From assembly GCA_964654605.1 (NCBI GenBank), contig CAZZLW010000081.1, forward strand, positions 2,939-66,938: 64,000 nt of DNA, read 5' to 3'. Positions within the stretch are counted from its first letter, which is position 1; each line of letters opens with the position of its first letter. A program made the position numbers and the translations under genes. The notes under the pieces are model-generated. The model did no database searches. It had not been told where the DNA came from and worked only from the letters and a program-made list of their open reading frames with translations. The DNA is from an uncultured Cytophagales bacterium. GTDB taxonomy: Bacteria > Bacteroidota > Bacteroidia > Cytophagales > Thermonemataceae. Below, one piece after another: positions 29,662 through 36,916 of the stretch.

Positions 29662-30886
29662 CCTCATCAGAGAAGGCGAACTGCCCAAGTCTTTGGCGGT
29701 AGCCTCTCTCTTGGCTTACTTGAAACAAGATATCCGCTACGGTAGCGAATTTGTAGCCGAAAACAGAAGCATAAATATGTGGTATTACCGAAACCTCATT
29801 TCCAATGAATTTTTATGGGATTTGGTGGAAGAATTGGATTTACATCGCTACGATACGCTTGCTCTTTCCTGCTACATTTGGAACGAATATTTCATCAAAG
29901 ATTTCTTGCAAATCATTCGCAGAAGTGGTTTTCAGGGTAAAATTGTTCTTGGGGGGTATCAGATTTCTTACACAAGCAAACCCGAACAACTTTTTGATGA
30001 ATATCCCGAAGCCGATATTTACATCAAAGGTTACGCCGAGAAAAGCCTTTTGGAAGCTATCCTGATGCCACGCCCCGCCGAAAAGAAAATCTTAAAAGGC
30101 GAAGTAGATTTCTCACTAATCCCATCAGTGTACTTAACAGGAGAGTTTCCTATTGAGCAAAATATGAAAATGATACGTTGGGAAACACAAAGAGGTTGTC
30201 CGTATGTATGCAGTTTTTGTGCTCACCGAGATTTGGAAAAAGGAAAAGTCTATAAACACGAATTGGATAAGATTTTTGCAGAACTAGCTTTTTTCAAGGG
30301 AAAAAATGTGCAAAAGGTCAATGCTTTAGACCCTATATTCAATGGTGGAAAAAATGCGGTACTGATTTTGGAAGAAATTGCCCGTTTGCAAATGAATACA
30401 CTTTTTTCTTTTCAAGTTCGCTTTGAAAACTTCAAAAATGTACTTGGTAAAAAGTTTTTGGATTTTGCTGAAAAAATCAACATCAATTTAGAATTTGGCT
30501 TGCAAACCGTAATAGAAAAAGAGTTTTACGCCATAGAACGCCCCAACAACTTATCTGTGGTTGAAAGCACCCTACAAGAACTAAACGAAAGAGACATTTC
30601 CTACGAAATCAGTATGATTTACGGCTTGCCACACCAAACCTTAGAGAGCTTTCAGTATGGTATTGATTGGCTTTTGCAAAAAAACGTAGAAAACATTGCC
30701 GCTTTCCCGCTGATGCTTCTAAAAGGCACAAAATTGTATGACCAAAAAGAAGAGTTTGGCTTTGTTGAAAAAGTATTGGGCGATTTCAATATCCCAACCG
30801 TAGTGAGCAGTAATACCTTCTCCGAAGATGAGTGGTGGGCAATGAAAGAAATAGCCAGCCAACTTAACCCCAAAGTTAGGTTCTAA
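29633..30886 (+). CDS. radical SAM protein with an N-terminal B12-binding-type domain
   Basis: CX3CX2C cluster motif (RGCPYVCSFCAH) preceded by a ~150-aa Rossmann-like domain (KKALIISFDL...LLAYLK...VLGGYQISY). No Cys-rich SPASM extension is present. ATG at 29633 overlaps the upstream gene by 29 nt. Confidence 0.85.
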   Translation: MKKALIISFDLIREGELPKSLAVASLLAYLKQDIRYGSEFVAENRSINMWYYRNLISNEFLWDLVEELDLHRYDTLALSCYIWNEYFIKDFLQIIRRSGFQGKIVLGGYQISYTSKPEQLFDEYPEADIYIKGYAEKSLLEAILMPRPAEKKILKGEVDFSLIPSVYLTGEFPIEQNMKMIRWETQRGCPYVCSFCAHRDLEKGKVYKHELDKIFAELAFFKGKNVQKVNALDPIFNGGKNAVLILEEIARLQMNTLFSFQVRFENFKNVLGKKFLDFAEKININLEFGLQTVIEKEFYAIERPNNLSVVESTLQELNERDISYEISMIYGLPHQTLESFQYGIDWLLQKNVENIAAFPLMLLKGTKLYDQKEEFGFVEKVLGDFNIPTVVSSNTFSEDEWWAMKEIASQLNPKVRF

Positions 30887-31084
30887 AATATACTCAACAA
30901 AGAAAGAATGAGTTGCGAAAATTCCGGCGAGCAAGCAAAAGTACCTTTCTCCTTTTGGGAAAAGGATTTAGGGATAGGGGCTTTTGCAAAGATTAGCCAA
31001 AGTGTGAATAAAAAAGTCTGAATACAGCTCAAAAACGCAGTTTTACCCTTCAAATGTTGATGTCTTTATTAGCCAAAAGCACTC

Positions 31085-31092
31085 TACCTTTG
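31085..31092 (+). promoter_or_regulatory. Bacteroidetes-type -7 box TAccTTTG
   Basis: Matches TAnnTTTG, 24 nt upstream of ATG 31116. Confidence 0.4.
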
Positions 31093-31115
31093 TAACAGAT
31101 AATAAGCAAAAGATT

Positions 31116-31733
31116 ATGCAAGCAAACGCCCCACTTAGAGGTCTTTATGAGCAAGGCTTTTTACACTTACCCAAACAAAATGAAAATACACTTCAAGAAA
31201 TACTTACTGCTTTGGGCGAGGTTATTCAGATTACTGATGTAACTCCCAAGCCTGATAGTAAAGGATTGGTTACTTCTACAAGAGGTTTGGACTTCCACAC
31301 AGACCACCACAAAGCCAAATTCATTGTTTGGTATTGCTACAAACAATGTAGTATTGGAGGAGAAAGCCTCTTGATAGATGCCGTTAAAATTTACCAAAAA
31401 CTTTGCCCTGCTTACCAAAGTGAATTGCAAAAAGTGGAACTTTTTGAGCATAAAGTATTTCCTGATGATTGCGAAAAATATCCTTTGGTAAGCGTAGATA
31501 GCAATGGAAATACAAGATTTTACTATTCTTTTTGGCTCGTAAGAGAGCAAGATAAACAAAATCCTGCTTTGAGGTCTTTTCAAGAGCTTATTCGGCAGGA
31601 AGAACCCATAAAACTCAAACTACAACCTAACGACATTTTGATAGTAGATAACCATCGTGTTTTTCACGCCCGAACGCCCATTGAAGGTAACCAAGACCGA
31701 TGGCTTAAACGATTTTGGCTTTCTGAAAAGTAA
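31116..31733 (+). CDS. TauD/TfdA-family Fe(II)/2-oxoglutarate dioxygenase (short, 205 aa)
   Basis: HxD facial-triad motif (LDFHTDHH) and a distal ILIVDNHRVFHARTP...R segment, as in TauD/TfdA enzymes. Confidence 0.78.
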   Translation: MQANAPLRGLYEQGFLHLPKQNENTLQEILTALGEVIQITDVTPKPDSKGLVTSTRGLDFHTDHHKAKFIVWYCYKQCSIGGESLLIDAVKIYQKLCPAYQSELQKVELFEHKVFPDDCEKYPLVSVDSNGNTRFYYSFWLVREQDKQNPALRSFQELIRQEEPIKLKLQPNDILIVDNHRVFHARTPIEGNQDRWLKRFWLSEK

Positions 31734-31772
31734 GCATAAAACCTTTTGTTCAACCTTAAAATTCCAAAATGT

Positions 31773-32309
31773 ATGGAAACCACTCTTTTAATTTACCCCG
31801 ACCCTATCAGTGTGGAGCGTATTTCCTACCTGATACACCAAAAAGGAATAGACCCTGCTATTGCCGCCCTTGACCTTGAAATGGTAAAAATGAAACTCCA
31901 AGAACCTGACGAAGGCGAAGGATGGACAGCCGAGCAGTGCGATATGGCTGAAATTGAATACAAACGCTATTTGCATCTTTGCAAAAAATACGGAAAAGGA
32001 ATGGTGCCCAACAAAATTATGGACATTTTCTGGCATTACCATATTTTAGACACAAGGGCTTATCACAAAGATTGTGAGGCAGTTTTCGGACACTACCTGC
32101 ACCATTTCCCTTACTTTGGTATGCGAGGCGAGCAAGATGCTCAAAATCTCAAAAATGCTTTCTACAAAACCAAAGAGCTTTATTTGGAAACTTTTGGTGA
32201 GAATATGCTAAGAGAGAGCTTGAATATTTTTGATGATGATGATGACGACGAGAGCGATTGCTGGCACGATTGCGAAAATAGATGTTGGCACGCTTGCTCT
32301 AATAAGTAA
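31773..32309 (+). CDS. GRDP-like (DUF1399) protein with a C-terminal Asp6-CWHDC-ENR-CWHAC tail
   Basis: MDIFWHYHILDTRAYHKDC...FGHYLHHFPYFGMRGE matches the GRDP-like signature. The tail is read directly from 32232..32306. ATG at 31773 preferred over TTG at 31746. Confidence 0.65.
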   Translation: METTLLIYPDPISVERISYLIHQKGIDPAIAALDLEMVKMKLQEPDEGEGWTAEQCDMAEIEYKRYLHLCKKYGKGMVPNKIMDIFWHYHILDTRAYHKDCEAVFGHYLHHFPYFGMRGEQDAQNLKNAFYKTKELYLETFGENMLRESLNIFDDDDDDESDCWHDCENRCWHACSNK

Positions 32310-32321
32310 AGATTAAAGACT

Positions 32322-32352
32322 GCTCCCGCTCTAAAAAAGAGAGGGAGCTTTA
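32322..32352 (+). terminator. hairpin after the GRDP-like gene (weak U-tract)
   Basis: GCTCCCGCTCT/AGAGAGGGAGC, an 11-bp stem with one mismatch and a 5-nt loop, followed by TTTA. Confidence 0.4.
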
Positions 32353-32420
32353 CTGCAAGGTATGAAGTAAAAAATCAAGCAAATATCCTCAAATTATCCA
32401 CCTAAAAACAACAAAAATTT

Positions 32421-32552
32421 ATGAAAAAACAATCCAATCATCAATCCGATATCAAGAACCCTAACAAAGGCACCAAAGGAACAAACATCACCTACGACAA
32501 AGCACAAGGCAATCGCGGCAAACAGCTCAACCCTAACCAAAAAAAGAAATAA
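32421..32552 (+). CDS. 43-aa Asn/Lys-rich hydrophilic peptide (below the ORF-track length cutoff)
   Basis: ATG 32421 to TAA 32550-32552, encoding MKKQSNHQSDIKNPNKGTKGTNITYDKAQGNRGKQLNPNQKKK. The stop lies 5 nt before the next ATG (32558). The NPN...NRGxQLNPN pattern recalls a widespread small-protein family; this comes from memory and was not searched. Confidence 0.4.
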   Translation: MKKQSNHQSDIKNPNKGTKGTNITYDKAQGNRGKQLNPNQKKK

Positions 32553-32557
32553 AACGT

Positions 32558-32911
32558 ATGCTAACAAGTGAACTTCTGCGTGAGGCATTTCTTGCAAAAA
32601 TTTTAGAAATAGCCTCTATCAAAGAACAAGAGCAAAAAATTGGCACAATGATTTTGCAAAAAGTTCCCTTTCAAAAATTAGAGTACAAGCATTGTCAGAA
32701 AATTGCAGAGCTAATGGATTGGGAAGCCAATAGTGTTGCCCGGCTTTTCGGAATAAATGATTCTTTTCCTGCCACCAAACTACTTTCTCCCAAGTCCGAA
32801 AAAAAGATTTTACAATTTCTTGGAGAGAAAAATATGAGGAATTTGGAAAGAAAACTCATTTTAGAAGTAGCCATTCAGCAAATTTTAGCCTTGCTACAAG
32901 GTTTGAAGTAA
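32558..32911 (+). CDS. small HTH-like protein, paralog family member P2
   Basis: 117 aa with an HTH-like segment CQKIAELMDWEANSVARLFGIN. Paralogous to the 28974..29306 product. Confidence 0.55.
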   Translation: MLTSELLREAFLAKILEIASIKEQEQKIGTMILQKVPFQKLEYKHCQKIAELMDWEANSVARLFGINDSFPATKLLSPKSEKKILQFLGEKNMRNLERKLILEVAIQQILALLQGLK

Positions 32912-32942
32912 ATTTTTCAAAACAGCTTTTTAGCTTTGCTAT
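32896..32942 (+). repeat. 47-nt duplicated segment, copy 1 (P2 3' end plus downstream)
   Basis: ACAAGGTTTGAAGTAAATTTTTCAAAACAGCTTTTTAGCTTTGCTAT, 44/47 identical to 33840..33886. Confidence 0.8.
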
Positions 32943-32975
32943 GGTACGATTGGTAATCAACAAAAATCCAAAATT

Positions 32976-33371
32976 ATGAACATCAATCAATATGAATCCC
33001 CAAATACCTCTTACTGGGGAATGAAATTGGGAAATTATTTGTTGTTATTGCACCTCAGTCAGTATTTGGCTTTTATCATTCCTTTGTTTGGTATCGCCGC
33101 ACCTATTATGATGTGGGCAATGAATAAGGATAAGCATCCACTTATCGATAAGCACGGAAAAGTAATAATAAACTGGTTTTTAAGTTCATTGATTTATTAC
33201 TTCGTATCTGCATTTATGGCTCTTTTTGCAATTGGTATTCCCTTCCTAATCATATTGGGGCTTATGAGCTTACTGCTTCCTATTATTGGAGCTATACAAG
33301 CAAAAGAGTTAAAAGAAAAAGTATGGAAATATCCCTTTTCAATAGAATTTCTTTCTACCCAAAATTCATAA
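32976..33371 (+). CDS. DUF4870-family membrane protein
   Basis: LLHLSQ...PIMMWAMNKDKHPLIDKHGKVIINW...WKYPFSIEFL pattern with 3 TM helices, typical of DUF4870. Confidence 0.72.
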   Translation: MNINQYESPNTSYWGMKLGNYLLLLHLSQYLAFIIPLFGIAAPIMMWAMNKDKHPLIDKHGKVIINWFLSSLIYYFVSAFMALFAIGIPFLIILGLMSLLLPIIGAIQAKELKEKVWKYPFSIEFLSTQNS

Positions 33372-33376
33372 AAATT

Positions 33377-33826
33377 ATGAAAAAGCTATCGTTCATTATC
33401 CTTTTTTTACTTTTCTTAATAGGGAAAGAATCTTTGGCTCAATGTAAAGTTGATGTTTGGGAAATATCATTTTACTCGGGATATATCAATAACAAGTATC
33501 CCATAAAAATGGCAATAACGGTGATGAATGTGTATACAGATTCTGACCAAATGTATTGTGTGTATAGAGGGTATTACTATTACACCAATGTTGGGAAGAA
33601 ATTATTTTTATACGGAGGATATAACCCGAATGGGTATATGGGAGCGGCTAACCCAAGAGAAGTATGGGACGATATTGTAGAAAGGGAGAACGAAGATGGC
33701 AATACAATCACAGGAATATTTTCATTCATAAGAGCAGATATAGGAGGCAACGAAATGAATGGTTACTGGCAGAAATCCATTGATAGTAATGAAAAATACC
33801 CCGTTAAACTAAAAAAGATATTTTAG
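33377..33826 (+). CDS. hypothetical secreted protein
   Basis: ATG at 33377 gives the signal peptide MKKLSFIILFLLFLIGKESLAQ. Tyr/Gly-rich with no known motif. Confidence 0.5.
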   Translation: MKKLSFIILFLLFLIGKESLAQCKVDVWEISFYSGYINNKYPIKMAITVMNVYTDSDQMYCVYRGYYYYTNVGKKLFLYGGYNPNGYMGAANPREVWDDIVERENEDGNTITGIFSFIRADIGGNEMNGYWQKSIDSNEKYPVKLKKIF

Positions 33827-33839
33827 CTTTTGAGGTATT

Positions 33840-33886
33840 ACAAGGGTTGAAGTAATTTTTTCAAAAGAGCTTTTTAGCTTTGCTAT
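33840..33886 (+). repeat. 47-nt duplicated segment, copy 2 (remnant of a third P-family gene's 3' end)
   Basis: The frame through 33820..33855 reads ILAFEVLQGLK-stop, compared with the P2 C-terminus ILALLQGLK-stop. No upstream coding part of this third gene remains. Confidence 0.75.
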
Positions 33887-33956
33887 AACATAGGCGTTTG
33901 CCGAAAAGCCTGAAAGAGAGTAGGCAACTGAAACTAGTAAAAATAACGTGAAAAAT

Positions 33957-34421
33957 ATGAAAAAAACAGCTTTCATTCTTGTTTTCTTTTTGGGGGTAAA
34001 TTTTGCTTTTGCCCAAACTACCTGGCAGTGGAAACAGCACAACCTCAAATTTTCTTTACCTTCGGGCTTCAAGGTAAAATCAAACACAGCCAACCAGTTC
34101 CAAGCCAAAGGCGTAGGTGTTGAGTTTGATATTTTTGTTTGGCAAGACCATAAGGTTACAGCCAATAATATGAAAGATGCGTTAGTGCTTTTAGCCGATA
34201 CCTATATTGATAACATTAGCCATTATGGCGAACACGACCTTGACGACTTTGAAGGGGCTTACGTAATCGGCGACTATAAAGGCAAAAAGACCATTTTCTT
34301 TGGATTTATTGATAAAAGAGGAGGCACCAATTTCTTTGCAGAGGTTATTTTTGATGAAGACGATGATGATGCCCTTGAGGATGCTTTCCATATCGTGGAT
34401 AGCATTGATAGAATTGACTAA
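33957..34421 (+). CDS. hypothetical secreted protein with an acidic C-terminus
   Basis: Signal peptide MKKTAFILVFFLGVNFAFAQ and a DEDDDDALED run near the C-terminus. Confidence 0.5.
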   Translation: MKKTAFILVFFLGVNFAFAQTTWQWKQHNLKFSLPSGFKVKSNTANQFQAKGVGVEFDIFVWQDHKVTANNMKDALVLLADTYIDNISHYGEHDLDDFEGAYVIGDYKGKKTIFFGFIDKRGGTNFFAEVIFDEDDDDALEDAFHIVDSIDRID

Positions 34422-34519
34422 ACTGCTACCTTAATCTTGGCGAAATCACGAGTAAAAACGTGGTTTCGCCGCTAATTCCTACTAATTCCTATTTCTTAAC
34501 CTTAAAAATCAATAATTTT

Positions 34520-35155
34520 ATGCTAAAACAAATCTTTGCTATTGTTTCTGTTGCGATGCTTCTTTCTGCTTGCGGACAAAAAAGCGAAAAAGGTGCTTGG
34601 TCGGAAAAAGATAAAGGCGACTTCAAGAAAGGTTGCTTGCAAGCTTATGATGAAAAATTAGCCAAAGAAGAGTTTTTCAAAGTTATGGGTATTGCAAAAG
34701 ACGATTTTGTAAAAGTTTGCGATTGTAGTATTCAAAAGTTAGAAGCAACCTATGCCCCACAAGACATCATCAAAGGCGATAAACTTTCTGATGATGCTCA
34801 AAAGCTAATGGATAAATGCTTTGTTGAAAACTTTGTTGGTGAAAAAGGTGCTTGGAAACCCAAATTCAAAGAAATTGTAAGCAAGCAAATGGAAGAAATG
34901 ACCGTAAAGAAAGCCCACTCTGACGAAGAAAAAGCCATTTTGCAAACACTCGGGCAATGCATGTTGGAAAAAGTTGAAAAAGAGTTTGAAATAGCTGATG
35001 TAATGAGCAACACTGTTTCAAATGCTTCTATGGGAAAAATAGAATCTATTGCGGAAAATTGTGCCGTAGAATTAAAATTGGGTATGGATATTCTGGGAGT
35101 AGTATTTGAAAAAGCCGCACAGGAACAAGAAAATCAACCTACCGAAGGGAAATAG
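34520..35155 (+). CDS. hypothetical lipoprotein
   Basis: ATG at 34520 gives MLKQIFAIVSVAMLLSACGQ (lipobox). Helical and Cys-containing. Confidence 0.55.
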   Translation: MLKQIFAIVSVAMLLSACGQKSEKGAWSEKDKGDFKKGCLQAYDEKLAKEEFFKVMGIAKDDFVKVCDCSIQKLEATYAPQDIIKGDKLSDDAQKLMDKCFVENFVGEKGAWKPKFKEIVSKQMEEMTVKKAHSDEEKAILQTLGQCMLEKVEKEFEIADVMSNTVSNASMGKIESIAENCAVELKLGMDILGVVFEKAAQEQENQPTEGK

Positions 35156-35188
35156 GCACTCAAATATTTCAAAACTGAATGAGAAAGA

Positions 35189-35226
35189 CGACATTATCGT
35201 TTTTGATGATAATGTCGCTTTTTTTA
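35189..35226 (+). terminator. rho-independent terminator closing the plus-strand accessory block
   Basis: CGACATTATC/GATAATGTCG 10-bp stem and a 9-nt loop, followed by CTTTTTTT. Confidence 0.7.
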
Positions 35227-35232
35227 TCTTTG
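35225..35232 (+). promoter_or_regulatory. -7 box TAtcTTTG upstream of trmH-like gene
   Basis: TAnnTTTG match 17 nt upstream of the TTG start at 35249. Confidence 0.35.
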
Positions 35233-35248
35233 CAAGAAAAAAATAGTT

Positions 35249-36061
35249 TTGACCGAAATCATCACTTCTTTACAAAATCCGAAGATTAAGCAAATTTTGC
35301 GTTTGCAAGAAAAAGCCGCTGAACGCAAAAAGCAAAAGCTAACGCTTGTTGAAGGGAAAATAGAAATTGGAATAGCTATTAGTGCTTCGGTGGCTATTCA
35401 AAGCGTTTTTTATTTGCAAAGCAAAGAAAGTGAAGTAAAAAATTTCTTTGCAGGGAAATTACCCAAACATACGCAAACACATTTTTGGGCTGTTTCGGAA
35501 AATGTATTCACCAAAATTGCTTATCGTGAAAATAGCTTTGGAGCGGTTTGCGTGGTGCAAACACCTGAAAATACTCTGCAAAACCTTGCCTTATCTGAAA
35601 ATGCTTTGGTTTTGGTGCTGGAAAATGTAGAAAAACCGGGAAATTTGGGGGCTATTCTTCGTACAGCCGATGCGGCAGGAGTAGAGGCAATTTTTCTGTG
35701 CAATCCACAAACCGATTTATTCAATCCGAATGTAGTAAGGGCAAGTTTGGGCTGTATTTTTACCCAAAAAGTAATCACTTGCACCAATCAGGAAGCCTTT
35801 GATTTTTTAGCAAAAAGGAATTTTCAGTTGCTTGCTACGGCACTAACGGCTTCGGTGCCTTACACAAGTATTGACTACCGCCAGCCCACTGCTATCGTAA
35901 TGGGGACAGAAGCCACAGGGCTTACCCCTTTTTGGTTGGAAAAATCTCATCAAAACATCATTATTCCAATGCGAGGCAAAATTGACTCAATGAATGTATC
36001 CGTTTCGGCGGCGATAGTTGTTTTTGAGGCAATCAGGCAAAGAGAATTAGGAGTTGGCTAA
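35249..36061 (+). CDS. TrmH/SpoU-family RNA 2'-O-methyltransferase
   Basis: SpoU motifs LVLENVEKPGNLGAILRTADAAG and IPMRGKIDSMNVSVSAAI. TTG start. Confidence 0.8.
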   Translation: MTEIITSLQNPKIKQILRLQEKAAERKKQKLTLVEGKIEIGIAISASVAIQSVFYLQSKESEVKNFFAGKLPKHTQTHFWAVSENVFTKIAYRENSFGAVCVVQTPENTLQNLALSENALVLVLENVEKPGNLGAILRTADAAGVEAIFLCNPQTDLFNPNVVRASLGCIFTQKVITCTNQEAFDFLAKRNFQLLATALTASVPYTSIDYRQPTAIVMGTEATGLTPFWLEKSHQNIIIPMRGKIDSMNVSVSAAIVVFEAIRQRELGVG

Positions 36062-36847
36062 CTCTTTGCGTATCATATTCTCGCAGTGCTGTAAAAGACT
36101 TTCTGCATTAGGGAAATCTTTTTGCCAAAGAGGTGGGAATATTTTTACTCGCATAGTGGCAAAAGGTTCAATAGGCATACGTTTCACTGTCCAGAAATTT
36201 TCCAGAGCAATGGGGATAATAGGGGCTTCAGGCAAAATTTCGCAGAGTTTTGCAAAACCAGCAGTTTTGAAAGGGCGTACCTCGTTGCTATAACGATTGC
36301 GAGTGCCTTCGGGGTAAATATATGCCGCCCAATTGTTTTTTTTCACCTTCCAAGCAAAATCTTCAATAGATTTCAAAGCATTTACCTTTTGACTTCTATC
36401 AATTACGCCGTGTCCGCCATAGCGAATATTCCACGAAACGCTTGGTATCCAATAGGCAAGCTCTTTTTTGGCAATATATTTAAGATGATGAGAGGTTTTG
36501 CTGAAAAGATAGCCCAAACACGCAATCTCGTATTCGCTCTGATGATTGCTAACTACAATGATAGGAGTATTTTCAGGGAGATTCTGTAAAACTTCTAAGC
36601 CTTCAAGGCGGGTTTTCGTGCCAATTAGAAGCGTAGAACGCCACACCAAACCCATCATTGCGTGGCTAATGAGCATATACGATTTATAACCAAAAAGCGA
36701 AAAAATAACGTGGAGCGGGTGAAAGACAAGAATAATAAGCAAAAAAACAAGCAGTTGAATAGCAGTCAGTCCCCAAGCGATAATTTTTTGGGATAATGAG
36801 TGGTCGGCGGTGTTTTCGTACTCTAATGCGTCTGAAAGAGAAGTCAT
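36047..36847 (-). CDS. plsC: 1-acyl-sn-glycerol-3-phosphate acyltransferase family protein
   Basis: NHQSEYE (HX4D/E-type) and YPEGTR motifs plus an N-terminal TM helix. ATG at 36847 preferred. Confidence 0.75.
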   Translation of the reverse strand: MTSLSDALEYENTADHSLSQKIIAWGLTAIQLLVFLLIILVFHPLHVIFSLFGYKSYMLISHAMMGLVWRSTLLIGTKTRLEGLEVLQNLPENTPIIVVSNHQSEYEIACLGYLFSKTSHHLKYIAKKELAYWIPSVSWNIRYGGHGVIDRSQKVNALKSIEDFAWKVKKNNWAAYIYPEGTRNRYSNEVRPFKTAGFAKLCEILPEAPIIPIALENFWTVKRMPIEPFATMRVKIFPPLWQKDFPNAESLLQHCENMIRKELANS

Positions 36848-36893
36848 TTTCAAACAATTTTGCCCAAAGATAGTTAAATTTTTTGATTTTTTG

Positions 36894-36901
36894 TAATTTT
36901 G
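36894..36901 (+). promoter_or_regulatory. -7 box TAatTTTG upstream of cox3
   Basis: TAnnTTTG match 16 nt upstream of ATG 36917. Confidence 0.35.
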
Positions 36902-36916
36902 CCAAAAAATATAGCA

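Noticed and set aside
30950-30966. TCCTTTT-GGG-AAAAGGA hairpin after the radical SAM gene as a possible terminator.
   Set aside because: The stem is 7 bp and AT-rich with a 3-nt loop and no U-tract. It also lies inside the candidate 37-aa ORF, so it is too weak to call.
32394-32597. 67-aa hydrophobic minus-strand ORF.
   Set aside because: It is antisense to the plus-strand 43-aa ORF and to the P2 start. The plus-strand reading fits the operon orientation and spacing better, though neither reading is proven.
33809-34165. 118-aa minus-strand ORF.
   Set aside because: It spans the duplicated junction and runs antisense to a signal-peptide gene. It has no start context or recognisable motif.
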